Program-made: the position numbers and the translations under genes
Assembly: GCA_965198115.1 (NCBI GenBank)
Contig: OZ240241.1
Span: 32,001 to 96,000 of the forward strand
Length of the DNA stretch: 64,000 nucleotides
Origin: Candidatus Latescibacterota bacterium
GTDB taxonomy: Bacteria > Latescibacterota > UBA2968
Direction: 5' to 3'
Notes under the pieces: model-generated
Told to the model about the DNA's origin: nothing
What the model saw: only the letters and a program-made list of their open reading frames with translations
The model's database searches: none
Shown here: one piece after another, positions 30,706 through 40,102 of the stretch
Layout: each line of letters begins with the position of its first letter
Numbering within the stretch: the stretch's first letter is position 1

Positions 30706-32613
30706 GTGAGTGTCAAAGTAGCTGTCATAGACAGTGGGCTGTGCGAGTCCCATCCCAAGTTAAAAGGGGTACGCGTCACGGACCGCGTGTCGGTAGGAAG
30801 CGACGGGATTTCTCGAGGATGTACCAGCGATGTTTGGGGACACGGTACGGCCTGCACGCAGATAATTCACAGTGTTCTGGATAGAGAGCTTCGTAGGAGT
30901 TGTGAGTTCAAGATCGTAAAGGTTTTTGATCGCCAACTGGTGGTTAGTCAGGACATCCTTCTAAAAGCCCTCCTGTGGTGTATGGATTCGGGCGTAGACG
31001 TAATTAGTGTGAGTATCGGCGTTCGGGCGTCCTCGCCTCCCCAAGAGCTTGTGGACCTCTGTCTTGAGGCACATTCGAAAGGCATCATACTAGTAGCGCC
31101 AGACCACAACGAAGGGGATGGCCCATGCTACCCAGCGTCACTTTCGCATGTCTTTGGCGTTACAGGCGGAGTTTTGAGATCACGGCGTGAGTTTGGTGTT
31201 AACGAGGAGAGCGATATTGAGTTCGTTGGTCGGGGAACCAATCAACGTGTGGCGTGGATCAATGACTCCTACATCTTCGACAGCGGGACAAGCTTTGCCT
31301 CTGCGCAACTAGCAGGAATAGTGTGCAATGTAAGAGCGCAGTTTCCAGAATCTGATCCGTCAGAATTGAAAGCACACCTCATGTCAATTGGACTTAGAGG
31401 TGTGCCTATTACCAGCAGGTTTGTCTCTGCCGGAACAGGCACCGGCCGCTGGGCGCCCCAGGGGACAGACACGATTGAAGAGGTGGTCGAGCGGAATTTT
31501 TCACCCAAAAGATTCAGCTGGATGCGACGCGCTGCTCTCTATCCAGTATGTAACAAAGAATTTCACGCGATCGAGCACTTCAGTAGGCAATGCCAGTTTG
31601 AGCTTGTGGAAATTCTGGACTTTCCAAAGGGAGTGATTTCCCACCGAGATATTGAGATCGATGGAAGGAAATACACGAAAAAGTGGCGAGTAAGTGATAT
31701 TGAAAGGTCGTTTGATACCCTCATTGTTGGATATCCATACGAGACGCCCTTTGGCGCTGATCACAAGGCCTATAAAGACATCTTAGACCAGGCCTGGCAT
31801 ACGGAGTGCAACTTCTTTTGTCTTAGCGGCGATGTAGAGAAACAATTGCAAAAGGAAAGGGACAGCCTCGGTAAGGTGTCGTCACAGATTTACTGTCCAA
31901 GGGTTGACACAGCTGACCTTCAACGACTTGCGTGTCTCCAAAGTGAAGGTGAGACAACAAGACCGGTTCTCGCAGTAGTGGGGACAAATGAAAAGCAGGG
32001 CAAGTTCTCGCTTCAGTTGCGTATAAAGAAGGTCATGGAAGATGCAGGATATGAAGTAGGTTGGCTATCCACCGAGCCGCAAGGTGAGCTTTTCGGCGCC
32101 TCGTTTGCATTTCCGTATGGTTACAATGGAACGGTCGCTCTCAATCCGCACGACTGGCCCGTAGCCGTCTCGTGCGCGATTCGTGGGATAGAAATGGCCG
32201 GTAGCCCAGACATCATTATCACGGGCCATCAATCAGGTCTACTGCCCTACACCAGAGGAAATTTGGCGGACATCTATCTGCAACACTTGACATTCCTGAG
32301 TGGCTGTCGCGCTGATGCCGCTGCGTGCGTGATAAGTCCAGAAGATGACATCAGGACAGTCGAGGATGTTATTGGTGTCCTGCAACATCTCCTGCGAGTC
32401 CCGGTGCTCTTTTTCGCACTGCATCGAAACGTGAGATCACTTGGGACTCTGGACAGTGGGAAGAATTATGTAAAAGTAAGGAGATTGAAGGAGGCAGAGT
32501 GGCAGGAACGCGCGAGGGAACTTAGGTCTCGGTTCGGCATTCCTGTAATTGATTCTCACAGTGAACATTATGACAGTGACATACTTCGAGCAGTGGAGGA
32601 CTGTTTTGCCTGA
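30706..32613 (+). CDS. S8 (subtilisin-like) peptidase fused to a DUF1611-like P-loop domain (TIGR04066-like peptide maturation protein)
   Basis: Catalytic triad motifs VAVIDSG, GHGTAC, SGTSFA. C-terminal VLAVVGTNEKQGKFSLQL, STEPQGELFG, PDIIITGHQSG. Confidence 0.85.
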   Translation: MSVKVAVIDSGLCESHPKLKGVRVTDRVSVGSDGISRGCTSDVWGHGTACTQIIHSVLDRELRRSCEFKIVKVFDRQLVVSQDILLKALLWCMDSGVDVISVSIGVRASSPPQELVDLCLEAHSKGIILVAPDHNEGDGPCYPASLSHVFGVTGGVLRSRREFGVNEESDIEFVGRGTNQRVAWINDSYIFDSGTSFASAQLAGIVCNVRAQFPESDPSELKAHLMSIGLRGVPITSRFVSAGTGTGRWAPQGTDTIEEVVERNFSPKRFSWMRRAALYPVCNKEFHAIEHFSRQCQFELVEILDFPKGVISHRDIEIDGRKYTKKWRVSDIERSFDTLIVGYPYETPFGADHKAYKDILDQAWHTECNFFCLSGDVEKQLQKERDSLGKVSSQIYCPRVDTADLQRLACLQSEGETTRPVLAVVGTNEKQGKFSLQLRIKKVMEDAGYEVGWLSTEPQGELFGASFAFPYGYNGTVALNPHDWPVAVSCAIRGIEMAGSPDIIITGHQSGLLPYTRGNLADIYLQHLTFLSGCRADAAACVISPEDDIRTVEDVIGVLQHLLRVPVLFFALHRNVRSLGTLDSGKNYVKVRRLKEAEWQERARELRSRFGIPVIDSHSEHYDSDILRAVEDCFA

Positions 32614-32866
32614 TGGTACGGACAACATCAGGGGGAAGTTGGTCGAATTAAGCAAGGAGTTTATGCCTGACTCTTCGATTGTCGACGATACGGAGAGACT
32701 CATCGTAATTGGATCAGAATCTGTTAGGGCGATCGAGTTTCTCATGGCAATCGAGGATGAGTTCGAGATTGAGATAGAAGATGACGCGCTTACTCCCGAT
32801 TTTTTCTCCGACTACACATTTATCTGCAAGGCAGTGGAAGAAGCCCTCGAAGTCTCACCTGAGTGA
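32606..32866 (+). CDS. Acyl carrier protein-like
   Basis: Acidic 86-aa ORF with IG-S-ES-VRAIEFLMAIEDEFEIEIED (phosphopantetheine Ser in ES rather than DS). TTG start after GGAGGA overlaps the upstream stop. Confidence 0.85.
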   Translation: MPDGTDNIRGKLVELSKEFMPDSSIVDDTERLIVIGSESVRAIEFLMAIEDEFEIEIEDDALTPDFFSDYTFICKAVEEALEVSPE

Positions 32867-32881
32867 TAGGAAAGGCTGGTC

Positions 32882-33760
32882 ATGGTTCGGACATTTATTG
32901 TCGAAGAGCACAATGAGGCGTTCTTGGTTTGGAGTCGAGCAATTTCTGCTGGTCTCATACCAGCCACCGGGAACGAGCTAGTTCACGTTGACCAACATTC
33001 AGATCTTGATGCGCCAAGGCTAAAGAGATCTGTGAAAGACACTATGGATGACGATGAGCTACTGGAGTTTGTCTTTCGTGATCTAAGGATCGGAACCTTC
33101 ATCATTCCAGCTGTCTACCTGGGGTTGTTTAACTCGATTCAATGGGTCAAGAAACGCCACAATTTGGAGACCCAGAAAACGTTATTTGTCCGATCTTACA
33201 ACACTTCTGGAAAGAAACTCATCATACAAGATGAACTTCCACTAGGGATCGATCTCACAGATGATGACGTGCAGTCTTTTCAGCTTATTCGTCAGAATGT
33301 CGAGAACCTTGAGTGCACAAACGATGCCGTTCTAGACATAGACTTGGATTACTTCTCAGCCGAGGAAAACCCGGCGGAACGCACGGACTGCGTTGCCGAG
33401 ATAACTCGAGAAGAGTACTGGTCATTCCACAACGACAGATATCACCAGATTAACTATCTCGGACCAATCGTGGAAGCGGTAGAGAAGAACGGGAGATACT
33501 TTTACACCTTCAACATGTTCGATGAGATCTACCCCTCGCGTCTGGCTGTTGATGATGGGATCATTCAGCAGAGAGTTGAAGAACTCATCGAAGTACTCTC
33601 AAGAATCGAGCTTGTTCCTAAATTGATAACCATATGTCGTTCTGTGAAGAGCGGCCACACACCCTCCAGCCAGGGCCAACTGATTGAAACTATGGTGCTC
33701 AAAGGGCTTAGAGCATTGTACGAGATCGACCCACAGATGGTCGACGACTCACTCGCATAG
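32882..33760 (+). CDS. UPF0489-family metalloenzyme (arginase/deacetylase fold), candidate peptide arginase
   Basis: Motifs VEEHNEA, LVHVDQHSDL, IGTFIIPAVY, LDIDLDYFS, ITICRS..SGHTP. Confidence 0.8.
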   Translation: MVRTFIVEEHNEAFLVWSRAISAGLIPATGNELVHVDQHSDLDAPRLKRSVKDTMDDDELLEFVFRDLRIGTFIIPAVYLGLFNSIQWVKKRHNLETQKTLFVRSYNTSGKKLIIQDELPLGIDLTDDDVQSFQLIRQNVENLECTNDAVLDIDLDYFSAEENPAERTDCVAEITREEYWSFHNDRYHQINYLGPIVEAVEKNGRYFYTFNMFDEIYPSRLAVDDGIIQQRVEELIEVLSRIELVPKLITICRSVKSGHTPSSQGQLIETMVLKGLRALYEIDPQMVDDSLA

Positions 33761-33921
33761 CGTACTGAAGCTGGATCCCCGCATAGTCCATTTAGATGGT
33801 GCGCTTTGAGCGCATGTGCGAATCCGGTGACGATATTGACCTGCCCCCACTCCTCCGAAGATAGGGTTTAGCAAAAGGCACTACCGCTTGGATTAAGAGT
33901 TCAGCAGTCCTAACAGCTAAC

Positions 33922-36297
33922 GGTAAGCCCCCGGCTCTGCCGGGGAGACTCCCAGTGTTTGACAATTCCGGGAAATAGACAAGAGCCTTCCGATTCCGTG
34001 GACCGCTCAAAGCTCACGGAAGGAAGGCTCTCAATGAACGACCTTCAGAGTCTACGTCACACGGTATGGGAGTGCAAGTATCACGTTGTTTTGGGTTCCG
34101 AAGTATCGGAGAAAGTCTGTATGCGGAGCTTCGCCGGTATCTGGGAGAAGCTTTCCGCGATCTTGCCAAGGCAGAGGGAATCTCGTGTTGAAGAAGGTCA
34201 TCTGCGTCCGGATCACGTGCACATGTTGATTTCGATCCCGGCCGAAGCACTCAGTAGCTCAGACGGTAGGGTTCATCAAAGGAAAGAGTGCGATCCACAT
34301 TGCTCGGAACTACCTGGGACGTAGTTCGAACTTCACGGGGCAGCATTTCTGGGCAAGAGGCTACTGGGTCTCCACCGTTGGTAAGGATGAACAAATGGTT
34401 CGGGAGTTATATCCGGATGTCCGGCGTCAACCATTCTTCCCGCCGTGTTGCCTCACGTAGTAATGTTACCAGGTACAGAAGCTGCTGCATCAGACTCCGA
34501 TTTGCTGGTGTCGGAGAGAGTGTACTGGGGCGCCCCGGGTTCCAGATTGGCCCCACCGAAGATAAGTTTCCGGGCCATCGTACGGCGCCAGTCCCGTACC
34601 CGACGCTGTAGAGTGCGGAGTTGGCCGGGGGTGTACGTAGAGGGGTACTCCTGCTGAAGCCGCTCGAGGAGGGATTTGGCCGTTGCGTCGGGCTCCTCGA
34701 CTAACCACCCTTCCACCACGGGCCATACCGAGACGAAGGGATCCAGACGCGTACGCCAGTGACGGCCTGAGGCCGGGGGCAGTCGGTGTGTTGGCCGGGC
34801 TTCTCCCCCGCGCCACAGGGTGGGCAATTGTGATAGAAAGAGGGCAAGGTCGTCGTCGGTTGAGGACCCTTCAGTCGCTTCGTCCGGCGCAGAGAGCCGG
34901 GTTAGCGCGGACTGTGCTAAGCGGATCTCGTTAAGGAGCTGTAGGGGGTCCAACGAGGCCGAGAGTTCCTGAAGTCCTCGGATCTGGTCGTCCGCGATGT
35001 ATTCGGATGCCAACAATCGCTGGCAAGGGGTGGCCGGCGGATAGTAGTGCTTGATCACCTTGGCGCCCTGTCGGCTCTTCTCCTTGAGCTTGAAGGAGAG
35101 GGCTGGAAGCAGTTCACGCGTAGAGCCGGGAAACAGAGTAGAGACGGGACAGCGTCTGCGTGGCCTTGACCCCCTTCAAGCGCCCATACCCGACCAACCG
35201 CCGCACTACAGCCCCATTCTTCTGCTCGACCCAGGCCTGGTCATTCTTGCGATAGGGGCGCGAACGTGTCTGAGTGAGTCCTGCGTCTCTAGTGTACGTG
35301 AGCAGGCTATCGTTGATGAAGGCGCCGTCGTTGTCCGTATCCAGACCTATCAATGCGAAGGGAAGTTGGCCACGTACCATCTCCACGGCTTCTACGACCA
35401 AGCCCTGCTCTCGCACGAGCAGTGGCAGGCACTCCGTCCAGCCCGAAGCGATGTCGGTCAACACCAGAGTATGGACGCAACTGCCCTCGCTGTTGCCGCC
35501 GTTGTGGGCCACAAAGTCGGCTTCCATGAACCCAGGCCGTGGGTCGACCCAATCGCTGAAGGTGCGCACCGGAATCTGGCTACGCACAAGCCCATTGGAC
35601 TGACGGCGCCTGCGGCGGTCCGAGGTGGCAGCCCGCTGTGGCGCCAGGAGCCTATCGATCGTAGCCGCGCTGATGCTCAGCAGGAGCTCTCTCAGTTTGG
35701 CACCTAGAACCAGGTGACCATGCCGCTCCAAGGCCCCCACCAAGACCAGCATGAGGGCCTTGAGGCGCTTGCTGCAGATCCGGTCAGCTGACTCCCACAC
35801 GATGATGAGAGCCTCATGCACTGCCTCGTCGTAGATCCGAGAGCGAGGACGGCCCGAGCGGCGGTAGCACGTTTCACCACCGTTGAGAAGCCTCAGGGCG
35901 TGTTTGCGATGGTAGCCCGTCAGGGCCACGAACTCATCCAAAATCCTGCGCTTCTCGCCGCTTGAAGCCACCCGATATCGGCGTCCAACTTCCACCACGA
36001 GCTCCCGTTTGGTCGCCATGCTGATGCTCCTCGCCATTTCTGCTCCCGCGAAAGACAAAGGGGGTAGCAGAATATGTGAGGCAACGACCCCTCAGGGGTA
36101 GCAGAAACCCTGAGTCAATGCGGGTGGGAGTTCTAATTGTCGCTAATCAATCCAGAACCAGGAGCGGGAAGACCAGCGTCTCGACCAGTCTCAACATCTT
36201 CAGATAATCGCCCCCTTTAGGTGGCGCACACGGTCTTAAACCGCTTTGAGCGGTTCACAAGTTTTTCAAGCCTCCAGCTTTGCCGGAGGTCATGACT
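33922..36297 (+). mobile_element. tnpA: IS200/IS605-family element (tnpA pseudogene) interrupted by an rve-type IS
   Basis: Left hairpin CCCCGGCTCTGCCGGGG, HTVWECKYHVV, HUH motif PDHVHMLISIP, FWARGY. The tail (QEREDQRLDQ) and the right hairpin CCTCCAGCTTTGCCGGAGG resume after 36150. Confidence 0.88.
34418..36149 (-). mobile_element. rve/DDE-integrase-type IS, copy 2 (transposase 36058 to 34453, frameshift near 35110)
   Basis: GYHRKHALRLL, EADFVAH, LDTDNDGAF, SRPYRKNDQAWVEQKN. Same outer termini as 4503-5487. Flanks ATCCGGA / ATCCAGA. Confidence 0.85.
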
Positions 36298-36333
36298 ACA
36301 GTGAAAGTGGATGATGGGGGGGACATTTTGCAG

Positions 36334-37389
36334 GTGATGGTCGACATCCATTTAGATCCACCGATACGCACCTGGACCTACCACGCGTTTCGAATGTCAG
36401 TTTTAGGGAAGGGTCGTTTCTTTCGACCGTGGATCCTAAGCAATTTCATCCAGATGTGCTGTCGAGATTTGAGTGACTTCTCTTGGGAATCCTTAGAGGT
36501 GTACGAAGCCTATCTTGATGTACCGTATGGGTATAACTTCTTTTGTCCTGAAAAGTTCTACAATGCAGCGGGCTTGGTACAGCATTCAGTTGATAGAAAC
36601 CTGTTTAGCGAATGGACCGATGGAAGGCTGGCAGAATTCGTTTGTAGATCCATTGACCGCGGCTTCTGTTTTTACACATACCTCAACTATCAGTCCGTGC
36701 TCAGAGAGGGGAACACACCGATTCATCCATCGAAAAGTAACCATGGGACAATGATATGTGGCTATGATAAAAGTAAACGTGCATTCGCGATTTTGGGCTA
36801 TGAATCCGGGAGCTATGGTCTTTCTTGGGTGGACATTAACCTCGTAGAAAGCGCGTACCAAGAGACCTACCTTGAATCGATGAGCAGAGCCCATCAGACC
36901 ATCTGGCTATTGGGCAGAGACGATACTCCTTATTGGTTTAGCTTGGAAAAGGTGGCAGGACAGCTTCGTGACTATCTCGACTCTCAGAACAGGCTTGGAT
37001 TCGGAAGCCTTCTTGTTCAGCAGCCATCGTCACTATGTTATGGGTTGGAGACCTATGAGACGGGTCTCATTGGGCACTTAGGTGTAGTTCAGGAGAGGCC
37101 CAAACTCCTCTACTATCATCTTTTCCACGCTCTTAAGGAGCACAAGGCGCTGATGCTCGAAAGAATTCAACACCTCAATCATATGCGGATTGTTGATCAT
37201 AGGATAGTGGAGGAATACTCCTCGATCTTCAGATGGGCTGAAAATGTCAGAATGGTAATGCTAAAGTTCAGGATGAGACCAAGGAAAAAGACGCCAGATC
37301 GAATGATCAATAGATTGCGGGAAATGGCTGAGAAGGAGGCGGAGGTATTGGAAAAGACTTACCAAGCGATAAGTCAAGTGGGGGAATAA
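36334..37389 (+). CDS. Biosynthetic-cluster-associated protein, BtrH N-terminal-like (papain-like fold), start uncertain
   Basis: FVCRSIDRG..FYTYLN, HGTMICGYDKSKRAFAILGY, YGLETYE, LKEHKALMLERI resemble the BtrH-like proteins found beside ACP/NRPS genes. Recognised by eye. Confidence 0.5.
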   Translation: MMVDIHLDPPIRTWTYHAFRMSVLGKGRFFRPWILSNFIQMCCRDLSDFSWESLEVYEAYLDVPYGYNFFCPEKFYNAAGLVQHSVDRNLFSEWTDGRLAEFVCRSIDRGFCFYTYLNYQSVLREGNTPIHPSKSNHGTMICGYDKSKRAFAILGYESGSYGLSWVDINLVESAYQETYLESMSRAHQTIWLLGRDDTPYWFSLEKVAGQLRDYLDSQNRLGFGSLLVQQPSSLCYGLETYETGLIGHLGVVQERPKLLYYHLFHALKEHKALMLERIQHLNHMRIVDHRIVEEYSSIFRWAENVRMVMLKFRMRPRKKTPDRMINRLREMAEKEAEVLEKTYQAISQVGE

Positions 37390-37404
37390 GATTGATAGCA
37401 AAAT

Positions 37405-37945
37405 TCGGCGGAATGAGAATCGGGTGAAGTTCCGAACGGATTTGATCTGTCCAAACACGGGTTCGATGATCTGTTTTCTTTTCCAGTAGGTGCAGCGACC
37501 CTTCTGTGTGAGAAGCTTTCTCGCCATTTTGTCTTTCGTCGTTGCGCCCTTGGGGATCCGTCCCCTGGGGCAGGTCGCGATGGGCGTTCCATGTTTCTGT
37601 TTTGTCGTCGCCACATAGAGGTCGACGCCATCTGATTGAACCTGATCGACCTGACTTTGGTTGAAGTATCCGGTGTCGGCAGTGAGGTGCTTGGGTGTCG
37701 TGCCGCCCATATTCGCTCTGATCTGGTTGACCATAGGTGTCATCTGGTTCTTGTCATCAGCTTCTTGGGTGACGTCGGCAGCAACGACAATCTGGGCCTT
37801 GTCATCCACAGCAGCTTGGCAGTTGTAGGCTTGAAGGAATTGGCCCCCTGAGACCATGATCCGTGAGTCGGGATCGGTGAAGTTCAGTTGTTCCTTGGAG
37901 TCGGGCTCTTTCGATGGAGGCTTGGGCTTACGTCCACGACACGGG
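37405..37945 (-). pseudogene. IS1182-family transposase, C-terminal fragment
   Basis: NFTDPDSRIM, YNCQAAVD, TADTGY, RKQIIEPVFGQIK. Confidence 0.85.
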
Positions 37946-38189
37946 CACAACCCAAACGCCAGAGCTACGAAGAAAAATAACTTTGGCGACAGGACGTTGA
38001 CGAAATAATTTTTCCCATTCGGATAACTCCGCGCTTTTTCGTGCCCCCGGTTTCCCACCCCAAAGAACATCACAATAAACGCCCTATGTAACTGTTTATA
38101 AATAGGTTAACCGTTCTTCGTAGTCCATGATTTTCCAGAAAATGGGGTCAATTAGTGAGGAGCTGACGCTGGCTTCTCAAAACTCCACG

Positions 38190-38370
38190 CGTGCTGTAAG
38201 ATGTGGATCATCTCGAGCGAAACACCTTCCGCCTCGGCTTCCTCACGCTGCTTGACGATCTGATCGAGATCGTCCGGATCGATCTGCGTATCCATATTGT
38301 TGACACCGTGACGCGTGAGGAATTGCAGCTCCTTCTTCGAGGTCCCGATGCCCTGACAACCCACATACAT
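38190..38370 (-). pseudogene. N-terminal fragment, possibly of a mannonate dehydratase-like TIM-barrel gene
   Basis: MYVGCQ...LQFLTRHGVNNM...GVSLEMIH with RBS GGAG, truncated after about 60 codons. Confidence 0.4.
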
Positions 38371-38490
38371 AGCGCACTCCCTTTCTGTTGAGTTGCGAAA
38401 CCTGGAGAGCTTCGCTGGGAATCAAGTTAGAGCCGGGCGATAAGGTTGGAAAGTGTGTACGGCACAGGACACGATTGGTACGGGCAGGTC

Positions 38491-38518
38491 TTGACGACAA
38501 CGTCTACCCGTCTATATT
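38491..38518 (+). promoter_or_regulatory. Sigma70-type promoter
   Basis: TTGACG-N16-TATATT upstream of a structured leader and the ORF at 38656. Confidence 0.55.
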
Positions 38519-38655
38519 AACCAACGGCGTGAAGGACGCCGCCTGTCCGCGGAAAGGGACCGAGTCCCACCTTCCCTCTTGCAGAACCTACATCACAGTC
38601 TTCTTTCGGCCTGACCTGCGGACATCGGGCAAACGGTTCACGAAAGGAGATTGTC

Positions 38656-38903
38656 GTGGCTACGCAATCCTTCCCGCAGTCGCTCCCTGCTTCTCCGTCG
38701 CTGTCCCAACTCAAACTTCAGGCAAAAGAACTCCGTTCGGGCTATCAGTCCGGTGATGAGGACGCGGTCGCACGGGCGAAAGCGTCGCATCCAAAACCGG
38801 ACCAACTGAATGGATCGGGTCTTTCTCAAGCTGACACTCGTTACGGCCCGTGAATACGGGTTTCCCAGCTGGCCGCGTCTCAAACGTCACGTCGAGGAAT
38901 TTA
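38656..38903 (+). pseudogene. N-terminal domain typical of ankyrin-repeat and related proteins (LP..PSL.QLK.QAK.L...AREYGF.SW), frameshifted and truncated
   Basis: LPASPSLSQLKLQAKEL, then AREYGFPSWPRLKRHVEE in a shifted frame. RBS AAAGGAG. Confidence 0.7.
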
Positions 38904-38928
38904 GTCGCGCCAGCGGCTAACTAAACCT

Positions 38929-39091
38929 TGGTAAGCCCCCGGCTCTGCCGGGGAGACTCCCAGAGTTTGACAGTTCCAGAAATATGTAAGAGCCTCCCTT
39001 GCCGTGGACCGCTCAAAGCACACGGAAGGAAGGCTCTCTAATGAGCAACGTAAGGAGTCTACGTCACACGGTTTGGGAGTGCAAGTATCAC
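38929..39091 (+). mobile_element. IS200/IS605 left-end fragment
   Basis: Near copy of 33922-34085 (hairpin plus SLRHTVWECKYH), truncated. Confidence 0.8.
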
Positions 39092-39385
39092 GTACAATGT
39101 GCTGCTGGCACTCCGGATTTGCTTTTAAAAATTCACCGAAGCTGAAATCCTCGGAGTAGAACGCGTAGACCAGTTTCCGAATCGTTTCCATGCCTTGAAG
39201 ATACTCGGTCAGGAATCGGCCGAGACGCTCGCCCGAAAGGTCCCCCTCCCGAAGACCATCGACGATCGCATCGGCCGCCATTTCGCCCGACTCGAGCGCC
39301 AGAAAGATGCCGGATGAATAAACGGGGTCGAGGAATCCGAACGCGTCGCCCACGAGCACCCAGCCGTCTCCCGCAATACGGGCTT
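39092..39385 (-). pseudogene. Fragment of a flavin-dependent halogenase / GGR-like oxidoreductase
   Basis: GDGWVLVGDAFGFLDPVYSSGIFLA motif, no N-terminal half. Confidence 0.75.
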
Positions 39386-39470
39386 ATTCTCCCATGTTCC
39401 CCAGACAAGACAGGTCGGTACCCTGCCACGGCCGTCTGGGCGCGGTCGGCTCAAAATGATCGGATTCCGT

Positions 39471-39848
39471 TCAAACGCCTTTAAACCAATCCGATCGGAT
39501 CCGCACCCTCTCGATCATCTCAGTCTCAGTCTCCACACCAAGGGCATTTTCCTTGAGCAGGTTGCAAAGACGATCCCCGTCGATTAGATCGATTGCGATC
39601 GCACCGTCACGGGTGGCCTCTTCCGCCGCCTGACTGGTGAAAGTGCCCGTGGTGACGAACAGGCCTTTGTCGGCACGGCCCTGTAATGCCCCACGAAAAT
39701 CCCTAATATCCTTGGCACCTACGCTTCCCTTCCAACGCTTGCACTGGAAGTAGATCTGAAACGATACAAGGTTCACGCGTAGCACACCCACTCCGTCGAT
39801 CCCTCCGTCGCCGGATTTCCCACGCACTTCGACTTTGGTGAACCCCGC
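39471..39848 (-). pseudogene. mrr: Mrr-family restriction endonuclease, C-terminal catalytic fragment
   Basis: GKSGDGGIDG, FQCKRW, IRDFRGA, GLFVTTGTFT, LIDGDRL. 5' half absent. Confidence 0.85.
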
Positions 39849-39909
39849 TTGCCGAAGAACTCATCTCTTTCAGCCACAGCTAATCTCGCCCCCCAACAGG
39901 AGTATTCAA

Positions 39910-40017
39910 ATGAGCATTTTTCAGCGCGTCTTCAGACTCGGCAAGGCCGAGGTCCACTCGGCTATCGACAAGATCGAGGATCCGATCAGGATGACCGAGC
40001 AGGGTATTCGGGACCTC
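39910..40017 (+). pseudogene. pspA: PspA/IM30-family N-terminal fragment
   Basis: MSIFQRVFRLGKAEVHSAIDKIEDPIRMTEQGIRDL with RBS AGGAG, then homology stops abruptly. Confidence 0.8.
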
Positions 40018-40102
40018 CCGGTCGTCGCCCGCGCGATCGGAGAGACGGGTCTGCCGCGAAGAGCCTTGCGCGCATCGCGCATGCCTCCGTAAGGGCAACG
40101 GA

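Noticed and set aside
39092-39385. Flavin halogenase as part of the RiPP cluster
   Set aside because: Only a fragment, on the opposite strand, within the scrap mosaic.
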